64,000 nucleotides of DNA, taken from positions 18,177-82,176 of the forward strand of contig JBJEEB010000033.1 of assembly GCA_051872655.1 (NCBI GenBank). The letters are read 5' to 3'. The notes below the pieces were generated by a model that did no database searches, had not been told where the DNA came from, and saw only the letters and a list, made by a program, of their open reading frames with translations. The DNA comes from Bacilli bacterium (lineage in GTDB: Bacteria > Bacillota_I > Bacilli_A > RF39 > UBA660). Positions 1 to 8,359 of the stretch are shown piece after piece. Numbering within the stretch: position 1 is the stretch's first letter; every line of letters begins with the position of its first letter. The position numbers and the translations under genes were made by a program.

Positions 1-234
1 TCCTTTAACTAATTTATCAGTAGTAATCTTTGTTTCTAAATCAAAGTGTACTTTTTGATTTAAAGCATGGACTCCTGCATCAGTTCTTCCTGATGCATGA
101 ACATCTACTTTTTTCCCTCCATTTATTTCTTTTAATGCTTTTTCTAATTCTAATTGTACTGTTCTTTCCTTAGGCTGTTTTTGATACCCAGAAAATAATG
201 TACCATCATAACTTATTGTAATTAAATACCTCAT
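1..234 (-). CDS. truA: tRNA pseudouridine synthase A, N-terminal part (rest lies left of window)
   Basis: Reverse-strand translation from ATG at 232-234: MRYLITISYDGTLFSGYQKQPKERTVQ...VDVHASGRTDAGVHALNQ. Carries the TruA catalytic-Asp motif GRTDAGVHA. ORF stays open to the window edge. Confidence 0.85.
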   Translation of the reverse strand, partial: MRYLITISYDGTLFSGYQKQPKERTVQLELEKALKEINGGKKVDVHASGRTDAGVHALNQKVHFDLETKITTDKLVKG

Positions 235-272
235 AATTTTTTCCTTTCCTTAATAACAAATTATTATACTTT

Positions 273-1007
273 TTATTTATTACTTATAAGTGTATTCTTA
301 TCTTCTTTTTCTAACTGTTTTAAACTTTTATCAGGAGTTGGCAAATTTTCAGGCATTGTTCCACCATTTTTTTCTATAACTTCTCTAATATTTTTTCCAA
401 TATTATAATGAGTTTTATTTGCTTCATCTTCTCCTTGTATATTATCTTTTTTTAATTTAGACTCTGTTTGAGTAATTCTGAATAAATTTGCTGCTAGCTC
501 TTCACTACCCATATTATCTAAAATATCTTCTCTATACCTTAAATTTTTTCTCTTAGCAATATCATTTGCAGTTTCGCCATTATAAAGTCCTTTATAACCT
601 GCATTATGAAATTTATCAAAGTTTTTAACACCAACCTTTTTAGCAATTTGGTTTAATGAATAATTACCTTTTTTTGTTAAATTTCTTTGGTAAAATCTTT
701 TTTCAACTTCTGTTAAACTAGAATATTCTTTCTCAGCAATTTCCATTTTTCTAGTTTGCACTGCGAAATATGTTTGTGCAAGAGCGATGGATTTTTTTCT
801 ACTATCTCCATTTTGTGCTATTAAGTAACAGGCATAACGAGATAGTTTATAGTCTAAAACTGGTTTAAATGTAGCACCAGCTTCTACGATTTTCCTGACT
901 TCAGGAAAATGGTCTGAAATACTATTATTACTACCTTTACAAGCAGTCATTCCCATCTTTATAACTTTATGAAAGTTTTCCCATTTACTATATTCAAGTA
1001 AAGGCAT
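273..1007 (-). CDS. dinD: DNA-damage-inducible protein D (DinD/BRO-N-like) family protein
   Basis: Track ORF. LSRYACYLIAQNGDSRKKSIALAQTYFAVQTRKMEI resembles E. coli DinD as I recall it. The in-frame upstream stretch ISYNIFEDIKHIDENGNEYWNAREL (to about 1103) also looks DinD-like, so the true start is probably upstream and non-ATG. Confidence 0.7.
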   Translation of the reverse strand: MPLLEYSKWENFHKVIKMGMTACKGSNNSISDHFPEVRKIVEAGATFKPVLDYKLSRYACYLIAQNGDSRKKSIALAQTYFAVQTRKMEIAEKEYSSLTEVEKRFYQRNLTKKGNYSLNQIAKKVGVKNFDKFHNAGYKGLYNGETANDIAKRKNLRYREDILDNMGSEELAANLFRITQTESKLKKDNIQGEDEANKTHYNIGKNIREVIEKNGGTMPENLPTPDKSLKQLEKEDKNTLISNK

Positions 1008-1128
1008 TAACTCTCTTGCATTCCAATATTCATTTCCATTTTCATCAATGTGTTTAATGTCTTCAAATATATTATAACTAATTTCTAACCTATTAATTTT
1101 AACTCATCCTCCAATCTCATTAAATAAT

Positions 1129-1869
1129 TTAATAACAAATTACTATTATTAATATTAATATATTTAAAACTAGTAATAAAGTATCTACTACATTCCATTT
1201 ATTAGTACGATAATTGGTTCTTGATTTTCCATAATTATATAGTCTTAGATCCATAATATCTGCGGATAATTCTGCTCTTTTTATTGATAGTGTAAACATT
1301 GGTATAAATATGCCGCTAATACTTAATATTCTTTCTTTTATATTTTTACTTTTAAAGTTTATTCCTCTTAACTTTTGAGCATTTATTATTCTTGATGCTT
1401 CGCTAGTTAATGTAGGAATATATCTTATTGATAAAGTTATAATCATAGCTATATCACTTACTGGTATTATTTTATTAAATGGTTTAAGTATTTTTTCTAT
1501 ACCATAGGTTAATTCTGTAATACATGTTGTATATGTAAGTACTGATGAATATAATACTATAAATATTAATTTAAATATATCAAATATTATTCTATTAATA
1601 TTGGTAAAGAATATTAAATCTATAATAAAAATAAATATTAAAAATATTTTTATACCATAAATATTTTTTAAATATATTTTTATATCTATATCACTATATA
1701 ATATTGTCAATAATAAGTACATACTTAACATTATTATGTCAATATAACTATCAATAAAGAAAATACTTATTACCATAATAATTAGTGATAATATTTTAAA
1801 TATTGGATTTAACTTATGAACTACTGATGATTTATTTATATATCTTCCTATACTAATATTATTTAACAT
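1129..1869 (-). CDS. ecfT: energy-coupling factor (ECF) transporter transmembrane T component
   Basis: Polytopic hydrophobic 246-aa ORF directly downstream of, and overlapping, two ECF-type ATPase genes. The ecfA1-ecfA2-ecfT-(truA) order is the canonical Bacillota arrangement. Confidence 0.8.
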   Translation of the reverse strand: MLNNISIGRYINKSSVVHKLNPIFKILSLIIMVISIFFIDSYIDIIMLSMYLLLTILYSDIDIKIYLKNIYGIKIFLIFIFIIDLIFFTNINRIIFDIFKLIFIVLYSSVLTYTTCITELTYGIEKILKPFNKIIPVSDIAMIITLSIRYIPTLTSEASRIINAQKLRGINFKSKNIKERILSISGIFIPMFTLSIKRAELSADIMDLRLYNYGKSRTNYRTNKWNVVDTLLLVLNILILIIVICY

Positions 1870-2635
1870 TACGATATATATCCTTCATTAATTCTTTTAT
1901 ATCAAAAGTTAGTTCTAAGTTAATATTTTTCTTTTTATTTACATTATTTATAAATTCTATTATTTTAGGTATTTCTATTTTGGCAGTCTTTATCTTATCT
2001 ATATTATTTAATAATTCTTTCTTAATACCTTTATTTACTATTTTACCATTTTTAAGTAGAATATAATTATCACTTACTTTTATAGCAAATTCAATATCAT
2101 CAGTTAATAGTATTATAGTTTTATTATATCTAATTTTAATTTTTTTTAATAACTTAATTAGATATTCTTTGTTTCTATTATCTAAATTACTAGTAGGATT
2201 ATCAATAATAATTAATTTTGGATTTAATGATAAAGTTATAGATAATGCTAAACTCTCTTTTTCACCACTAGAAAGTTCAAAAGGACTTTTATCTAGATAT
2301 TCAATTGGTAAATTTACCATTTTAAGAGAATCTTCAATTCTTTTATTTATAGTATTAACTTTATAGTTATATTTTTTTAATCCAAATTCTAGTTCTTCTC
2401 GTACAGTATTAAAGATAAAAGCTTCTTCTGGTTTATTAAATACTATTCCAATATTTCTTCCTTTATAGGTATTAGTTATTTTTCCTTCATAATTTTCTTC
2501 AAGTGAACTTATTAAATAAATAAAGTATGATAGACTATCTTCTGATAGTATAGTGGTTATTTTTCCTTCTTCAAAATCGTAATTAAACTTTTTTAAATTA
2601 CTTTTATATGTCACATTATTAAAACTTAATCCCAT
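1859..2635 (-). CDS. ecfA2: ECF transporter ATPase-like subunit EcfA2 with degenerate catalytic motifs
   Basis: ABC fold with signature-like LSSGEKESLAL. Walker A absent (EEGKITTILSEDSLSYF), Walker B is LIIIDNPT (Glu to Asn), H-loop is LLTDD (His to Asp). Overlaps ecfA1 stop and ecfT start. Confidence 0.75.
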   Translation of the reverse strand: MGLSFNNVTYKSNLKKFNYDFEEGKITTILSEDSLSYFIYLISSLEENYEGKITNTYKGRNIGIVFNKPEEAFIFNTVREELEFGLKKYNYKVNTINKRIEDSLKMVNLPIEYLDKSPFELSSGEKESLALSITLSLNPKLIIIDNPTSNLDNRNKEYLIKLLKKIKIRYNKTIILLTDDIEFAIKVSDNYILLKNGKIVNKGIKKELLNNIDKIKTAKIEIPKIIEFINNVNKKKNINLELTFDIKELMKDIYRNVK

Positions 2636-3435
2636 AATTTATTCATAACCTCAGTTTCTTTAAAATAAACTTTATCTAATAAATCATATAACATTAAGTT
2701 TTGAGATAATTTTACAATAAATGGTAGTTCAAATCCTTTTTTTTCTAAATAATCATCTTTATAGATTTCTTCTTTAGTTCCATCTTTAATTATCTTACCA
2801 TTATTTAAAACTACTATTCTATCACTAATTAAAGTATCCTCTAGGTTGTGAGTAATTAATATTATAGTTAATTTTTCTTCTTTTTGATATTCTTTAAGTA
2901 ATTTAAAAATTAGTTTTTTATCTGTACTACTTAATTTGTTTATTGTTTCATCAAGTAACAATATTTTAGGTTTATGTATTAAACTAGAAGCAATAGCTAC
3001 TTTTACTTTTTCACTCTCATTTAAAATACTTGGTTCTTTTTCAAGAATATTTTCTATTTTGAATTTTTTAGCTATATATGCTACCATGCTATTTATTTCT
3101 GAAACTGAATATTCTAAATTTTCTAATGAAAAAGCTAAATCATCCTTTACTGTTTCTCCTATAAAATGGGTATCACTATCATCAAAGCATACAGAAAATA
3201 CTCTTCTTATTTTTTTAATAAATTGTTCATTTAATAGATATCCATCAATAGTTATATATCCTTCTACTTTATGTAATCCTATTAATATTTTTGCTAAAGT
3301 ACTTTTACCAGAACCATTCATACCTATAATTGATACAAATGAGGATTCTTCTATTTCTAAATTAAAGTCTTTAAATAAATATTTGTCATTATATTTAAAA
3401 GACATATTATTTACTTTGATGATTTGTCTTTTCAT
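2626..3435 (-). CDS. ecfA1: ECF transporter ATPase subunit EcfA1
   Basis: Walker A GMNGSGKST, Walker B ILLLDET, H-loop LITHN. Signature degenerate (LNESEKVKVAI). Start set at the internal ATG (MKRQIIKV), preceded by GAGGGTG. Confidence 0.8.
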   Translation of the reverse strand: MKRQIIKVNNMSFKYNDKYLFKDFNLEIEESSFVSIIGMNGSGKSTLAKILIGLHKVEGYITIDGYLLNEQFIKKIRRVFSVCFDDSDTHFIGETVKDDLAFSLENLEYSVSEINSMVAYIAKKFKIENILEKEPSILNESEKVKVAIASSLIHKPKILLLDETINKLSSTDKKLIFKLLKEYQKEEKLTIILITHNLEDTLISDRIVVLNNGKIIKDGTKEEIYKDDYLEKKGFELPFIVKLSQNLMLYDLLDKVYFKETEVMNKLWD

Positions 3436-3729
3436 ACCTAACACCCTCGATATATATTATATATTAAATATACTTAAAAAACAAGGAAAAAGACATAACA
3501 TCAGAATAAAATCATAAATCAATAAATATCAAGATTGTATGAAAAAATACTATCTCTTTGGTATTATATAATAAGGTAACATTGAAACTTATAAAAATGA
3601 AGGAGTCTCTTTAACTTTGTAACTATATTTTTTATTTAATTCTAATAAACTATGTAAAATTAGTGACAATAATGGATATTATGTTTGTAAAAAATATGTA
3701 TTGTGATAAAATGTATTTAGAGGTGTGAC

Positions 3730-4674
3730 ATGAAAAACAAAACAATTACTAAAGTTATTCGTGTGGATAATGAAACTAAAAAATTAATGGATGATTTTTA
3801 CAAGGATATGAAAAGGGATAAGACTCCTCCATATGCAGTGTTTCAAGCTGATACTGGAGATACTATAGTTACTTTATATGAATCTGGTAAAGCTATGTTT
3901 CAAGGAGTATCTGCAGATATCGAGGCTAGTCTTTGGACTAATATTCAAAGTGATAAAGATAATATTGATTATTTTATAGATACTCCTAAAAAGGAAGAAA
4001 AGAAAGAAGAAATAGTTCTTCCTATAGATATATCTTCAGTAGGTTCTGATGAAGTTGGTACTGGAGACTACTATGGTCCTATTGTTGTTACTGCTTCTTA
4101 TGTAAATAAAGAGGATATTTCTTTTTTAACTGAACTTGGTGTTAAAGATTCTAAAAAATTATCTGATGAACAAATATTAAAAATAGTTCCTAAAATTATT
4201 AAAAAAATTAAATATAAAACTATTATGCTTTCTAATAAAGAATATAATGAAAAGTATGGTAAAGATATGAATATGAATAAGATTAAGGCTGTGCTTCATA
4301 ATAAGGTCTTAACAGAAATGGTTAAAGATAATGATTATGATTATATAGTGGTAGATCAGTTTGAACCAGAATCATCTTATTATAATCATTTATCTGAGGT
4401 ACCTAATCCTTTAAAAGGTATTACTTTTATTACTAAAGCTGAAGATAAATGTCTATCTGTTGCTTGTTCTTCTTTAATAAGTAGATATATTTTTATTAAA
4501 GAGATTGATAAACTTGGGGATAAATATGGTATATTCTTACCAAAAGGTGCTAACTATTATGTTGAGGATGTTGGTATTAAGTTAGTAGAAAAATATGGAT
4601 TGGATGTTTTAAAAGAAGTAGCTAAACTTAATTTTAGTAATACTGATAGAATATTAAAAGAAGTAAGAAAATAA
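3730..4674 (+). CDS. rnhC: ribonuclease HIII
   Basis: N-terminal RNase HIII-specific domain (PPYAVFQADTGDTIVTLYESGKAMFQG) followed by an RNase HII/HIII catalytic core (GSDEVGTGDYYGP). Confidence 0.85.
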   Translation: MKNKTITKVIRVDNETKKLMDDFYKDMKRDKTPPYAVFQADTGDTIVTLYESGKAMFQGVSADIEASLWTNIQSDKDNIDYFIDTPKKEEKKEEIVLPIDISSVGSDEVGTGDYYGPIVVTASYVNKEDISFLTELGVKDSKKLSDEQILKIVPKIIKKIKYKTIMLSNKEYNEKYGKDMNMNKIKAVLHNKVLTEMVKDNDYDYIVVDQFEPESSYYNHLSEVPNPLKGITFITKAEDKCLSVACSSLISRYIFIKEIDKLGDKYGIFLPKGANYYVEDVGIKLVEKYGLDVLKEVAKLNFSNTDRILKEVRK

Positions 4675-4730
4675 AACTTACTTTTTTTAATAGATTTAGG
4701 TATAATATCACTACCCGCAAATAATTTTTA

Positions 4731-4782
4731 ATCATAGAGACCTAGGCTCTATGATTCCTATGAAGACCTTAGGCTTCATAGG
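4731..4782. repeat. twin-hairpin intergenic module, copy A, between convergent genes
   Basis: ATCATAGAG-ACCTAGG-CTCTATGAT followed directly by CCTATGAAG-ACCTTAGG-CTTCATAGG. Locally GC-richer than surroundings. Related modules at 44173-44231 and 47729-47782. Confidence 0.7.
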
Positions 4783-5115
4783 TTATTCTTCTACAAACTT
4801 ACCTAATACTTTAAATATTTCTTCTATTCCTTTTTTTAATACTTTATTTATTTTAGTGGAAACTTTATTAGTACTACGAGTAAGTTTAGTAGTATAATCA
4901 GTAGATGTATTTACGATATAGTCTTCAATACTTACATCTTTACCTTCACTTACATCTTTTTCAAACTGCTGCATAGATTCTTTTGTTAGTACTGTTTTAT
5001 TACGAAGATTATACTCATAATAACCACTTTTTTCTATAACATAAGCTATAATAAAAGAAAGAAATAAACATATAAATATTAATTTTAATATCTTTTTTTT
5101 ATCCATTATTCTCAC
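4783..5115 (-). CDS. hypothetical small membrane-anchored protein
   Basis: Track ORF with an N-terminal TM helix (ILKLIFICLFLSFIIAYVI). Overlaps the spoIIP stop, suggesting co-translation. No recognisable family. Confidence 0.5.
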   Translation of the reverse strand: MRIMDKKKILKLIFICLFLSFIIAYVIEKSGYYEYNLRNKTVLTKESMQQFEKDVSEGKDVSIEDYIVNTSTDYTTKLTRSTNKVSTKINKVLKKGIEEIFKVLGKFVEE

Positions 5116-6103
5116 CCTTAATATAGTAATATAATATGTTAGATATTGCTTCAGTAGTATTTAAAACTTCATCTATATTATTATCTACTCCTCCTACTTC
5201 TATTAAAATACTATTGGGGCTAATATCTTGATTATATATTCCATCTACTCCAGGTCCTTCTTTTTTATATATTCCTCTAGATAATCCTTTATAATATTTA
5301 TTAAATAAGTTATTTAAATCTTCACTTATTTTAATATTATCTTTATAATTATCATGTTCTAATCCTACCACAAAGAGTATTCTAGCATAATCTTTACCAT
5401 TTATATTAATCGTTGTCATATTTTTACTTACAGAATCTCTATGTATATCTATAAAATATTTTAATGTACTATATTTATTTTTTTTATCTAATATGAATAT
5501 TCTTGATGCTTTATATGAACCAGAATGATCCCAATTATTTAAACTTAAGAATTCTGTTAAATTAGTATCTTCTACTATTGTAGAAATACCTTTACTATTT
5601 AATTTTTCTTTTAATAAGTATGAAGTCATTAAGACATTTGGAGTTATTCCATAAATATCAAGATTAGAACTATTATAATTTTCAAGTTGATGAGAATTAT
5701 AAATATATATTATAGGGTTATTTATGTCTACAGGATTTGGATCAGACATATATGAACTAACTTTTTTTAAATCTTCTAGATTGCTATAATCATCATTATG
5801 TTCATATTCTTTATTAGAAGATACTATACTGGTATCTAAAATAGATGTTGGACTTGTTAAATCTATATTGAAAAGAAATTTTGTACTTTTATTTACAATA
5901 TTTACTAATTTATAATCTCCTATTAAGTGGCTATTTCCTCCTTTAAGAAGAAAATTTATAAATTCTGTGTTATTTATTGCACTACTATTTTTTAGAGAAT
6001 AATAAAATGTTATAGAAAATATTAAATATATTATTACTATATAAATAAAAGTTTTTTTTATTCTTTTTTTTATAGGTTTTTTTAATTTCATTTTACCATG
6101 CAT
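5099..6103 (-). CDS. spoIIP: stage II sporulation protein P (SpoIIP) family
   Basis: N-terminal TM, then SpoIIP-type blocks IIYIYNSHQLENY, YFIDIHRDS and SILIEVGG. Confidence 0.8.
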   Translation of the reverse strand: MHGKMKLKKPIKKRIKKTFIYIVIIYLIFSITFYYSLKNSSAINNTEFINFLLKGGNSHLIGDYKLVNIVNKSTKFLFNIDLTSPTSILDTSIVSSNKEYEHNDDYSNLEDLKKVSSYMSDPNPVDINNPIIYIYNSHQLENYNSSNLDIYGITPNVLMTSYLLKEKLNSKGISTIVEDTNLTEFLSLNNWDHSGSYKASRIFILDKKNKYSTLKYFIDIHRDSVSKNMTTININGKDYARILFVVGLEHDNYKDNIKISEDLNNLFNKYYKGLSRGIYKKEGPGVDGIYNQDISPNSILIEVGGVDNNIDEVLNTTEAISNILYYYIKGENNG

Positions 6104-6175
6104 AGTTACTCACCTAGTAATAATATATAACTATTTATAGTGATTTTATGTCGAAAAAAAAGTAGGATATCCTAC

Positions 6176-6934
6176 TTATTGTAAATCTATTCTAAAACTT
6201 TTTAATTCATCAATGAATTCATCAGTTTCTTCATCATCTGTTATGTTATATATTTTATCTTTTACTTTTAATAATTCATCATAACTAATGATAGCTTCTT
6301 CTTCTTGCTTCTTTTCATAATCAGTAAGTTCGATATTAGATGGTTTTATTTCTTCTTGCATTCTTTCTACAATATCTGAAGCAAATTTCATATTATCGTT
6401 TACTTCATATGTATCTTCCATCATCTCAAGTGGTGATAAAGAGTCTTCTCCTAGATCAATACCAGTAGTATTTATATTATTTGCTAATTTGGTATAATCT
6501 TCTTTTTCTTTAGGTTCTTCTCTATCAATATGAATTGGTGAAGTTTGACTTCTGGCATTCATTTCTCTTAGAACATTTTTCTTATATAAACCATTATTAT
6601 TAGTGTTATTAGTATTATTTACTTCTTTTTTATCTTGATTTATTTCTATCTTTGGCTGTTCTTCTTTTACTTCTTCTTTTGGTAATTCTTCTTTTACTTT
6701 TGTTTCTACTTTATCTAAAACTATTTCTTCTTTTATGTTTGATACTAAAGGTGTTTCTTCAATACTATCTTCTACAACACTTTGTTCTTTTTTTAAATAT
6801 TTTGATAGTTTTCTATTTTTAACTATAAGGACTATTGAAAGGAAAATTAAAAATAGAAAAAGAAATACTACTATCCAAAAGAAAAATACTCCATTACTTG
6901 ATAAGTTATTATAAAAATCGTTAAATGAACTCAT
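6176..6934 (-). CDS. hypothetical membrane-anchored Glu/Lys-rich protein
   Basis: Single N-terminal TM (VFFFWIVVFLFLFLIFLSIVLIV), then a charged low-complexity region and an acidic C-terminus. No family recognised. Confidence 0.5.
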   Translation of the reverse strand: MSSFNDFYNNLSSNGVFFFWIVVFLFLFLIFLSIVLIVKNRKLSKYLKKEQSVVEDSIEETPLVSNIKEEIVLDKVETKVKEELPKEEVKEEQPKIEINQDKKEVNNTNNTNNNGLYKKNVLREMNARSQTSPIHIDREEPKEKEDYTKLANNINTTGIDLGEDSLSPLEMMEDTYEVNDNMKFASDIVERMQEEIKPSNIELTDYEKKQEEEAIISYDELLKVKDKIYNITDDEETDEFIDELKSFRIDLQ

Positions 6935-6938
6935 ATTT

Positions 6939-7655
6939 TCACCTCATACTGCTATAAAAATTAACTACTGCTCCAGCATATATGGCAGCAGTTTCTACTC
7001 TAAATATTAAATTTCCAAATGATACTGGATTATAATTATTGTTTAGTAAATAAGTTTCTTCTTTTGGACTTATTCCACCTTCAGGACCTATTACCATTAT
7101 AATTTTAGCACAATCTTTAATATTTTGTAAATAGTAATTTAGTAATTTATCTTTTTCTTTAGTAGAGGCTACTAATTTGACATCATAATCTAAATTTACT
7201 AAGTCTTTTATATTCATAATATTTGTAATTATAGGAATATCTGTTCTTTTTGATTGTTCACTTGCCTCTTTACAAATTGATTCCCATCTTACTTTTTTCT
7301 TTTTAAATCTATCTTCATCTAGTCTTACAATACTATGTTCCATATTTAAAGGTATTATTTTTGATACTCCTAGCTCAGTTAATTTTTGTAATATTAAATC
7401 TATTTTTTGTTCTTTTACTAGACCTATAGCAATTGTTAGTTCTATATTTAATTTATTTTCTTTATTACTTACTGAATCTATGGAAAGTTTTAATGGTTCT
7501 AAGTTATCTATATTACATATGTATAATTCTTTATTATATATAACTTCTATTTTATCACCAGGATTCATTCGCATTACATTCTTAATATGATGAATATCGG
7601 AATCTTCTAAAAATATAGTATTATTTTCTTTATTTTTGGCAAAATATCTTTGCAT
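6939..7655 (-). CDS. rsmE: 16S rRNA (uracil1498-N3)-methyltransferase RsmE
   Basis: MQRYFAKN...IHHIKNVMRMNPGD N-terminus and C-terminal IGPEGGISPKE...LGNLIFRVETAA are typical RsmE blocks. Start set at MQRYF. Confidence 0.85.
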   Translation of the reverse strand: MQRYFAKNKENNTIFLEDSDIHHIKNVMRMNPGDKIEVIYNKELYICNIDNLEPLKLSIDSVSNKENKLNIELTIAIGLVKEQKIDLILQKLTELGVSKIIPLNMEHSIVRLDEDRFKKKKVRWESICKEASEQSKRTDIPIITNIMNIKDLVNLDYDVKLVASTKEKDKLLNYYLQNIKDCAKIIMVIGPEGGISPKEETYLLNNNYNPVSFGNLIFRVETAAIYAGAVVNFYSSMR

Positions 7656-8283
7656 ATATACCACTCTCTTCTAAATTTATTTTTCTTTTTCTTAATATGT
7701 AATATATTGGAACTATAAGTAAGGCTCCTAGTACATCTACGACAACATGTTGTTTTATAAATACTGTTGATAATATTATTAGTAGTGAGCTAATTATTAT
7801 TAAAATTTTATATTCTTTTTTTACTTCTTTTACATCTAGAATTGATATTATAAATAATATTGAGAATGCACAGTGAGCTGATGGAAATAAATTACATACT
7901 GGAGTGTCTACTTTGTAGATAATGTCTACTATCCAGGTAGATATATCTGTTACTACTAGTGGCTGTCTATTCATTGTCGTAGGAAATAATATGAATATTA
8001 TTCCTTCAAGAATAGCATATACTATGGATACTACTATATATTTGTCAAATACTTTTTTGTTATATTTTAATATTAATAATGGAATTAATATTAAAAATAA
8101 ATACCACATAACATAGAAAATTACAAAAGAAGGAATAAATGGTATTCTATCATCAATTGCATTATTTAAATAAACTGGATTATTTTGAAACAATTTAGTT
8201 ATAAAATATATTAATGATTGAAAGATAAAAGCTCCAAATAATATAATTATTCTATTTTTATTTTCTTTTAAATAGTTTTTCAT
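7630..8283 (-). CDS. PAP2-superfamily-like integral membrane protein
   Basis: Six predicted TM segments. FPSAHCAFS motif resembles the PAP2_C / sphingomyelin-synthase-like histidine box. Start set at ATG preceded by AGGTGG. Confidence 0.45.
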   Translation of the reverse strand: MKNYLKENKNRIIILFGAFIFQSLIYFITKLFQNNPVYLNNAIDDRIPFIPSFVIFYVMWYLFLILIPLLILKYNKKVFDKYIVVSIVYAILEGIIFILFPTTMNRQPLVVTDISTWIVDIIYKVDTPVCNLFPSAHCAFSILFIISILDVKEVKKEYKILIIISSLLIILSTVFIKQHVVVDVLGALLIVPIYYILRKRKINLEESGIYAKIFCQK

Positions 8284-8332
8284 AAATACCACCTACTACA
8301 ATATATGTCTTTAACTAATTATATCATACAAA

Positions 8333-8359
8333 AGAAAAAAGAGATATAATTTATCTCTT
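8333..8359 (-). terminator. intrinsic terminator after the surface-protein gene
   Basis: Minus-strand AAGAGATA-AATTA-TATCTCTT followed by TTTTTC. Overlaps the stop codon at 8358. Confidence 0.6.

Noticed and set aside
2936-3517. 193-aa plus-strand ORF antisense to ecfA1, and the similar 2169-2366 ORF antisense to ecfA2
   Set aside because: It lies entirely inside well-supported ABC ATPase genes on the other strand. It is low-complexity and Ser/Ile/Leu-rich with no RBS, a typical mirror-frame artefact of AT-rich DNA.
3445-3729. 285-nt divergent intergenic region between ecfA1 and rnhC as a possible riboswitch or sRNA
   Set aside because: I found no stable hairpins, no terminator and no conserved motif by eye. 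It is most likely just two divergent AT-rich promoters.
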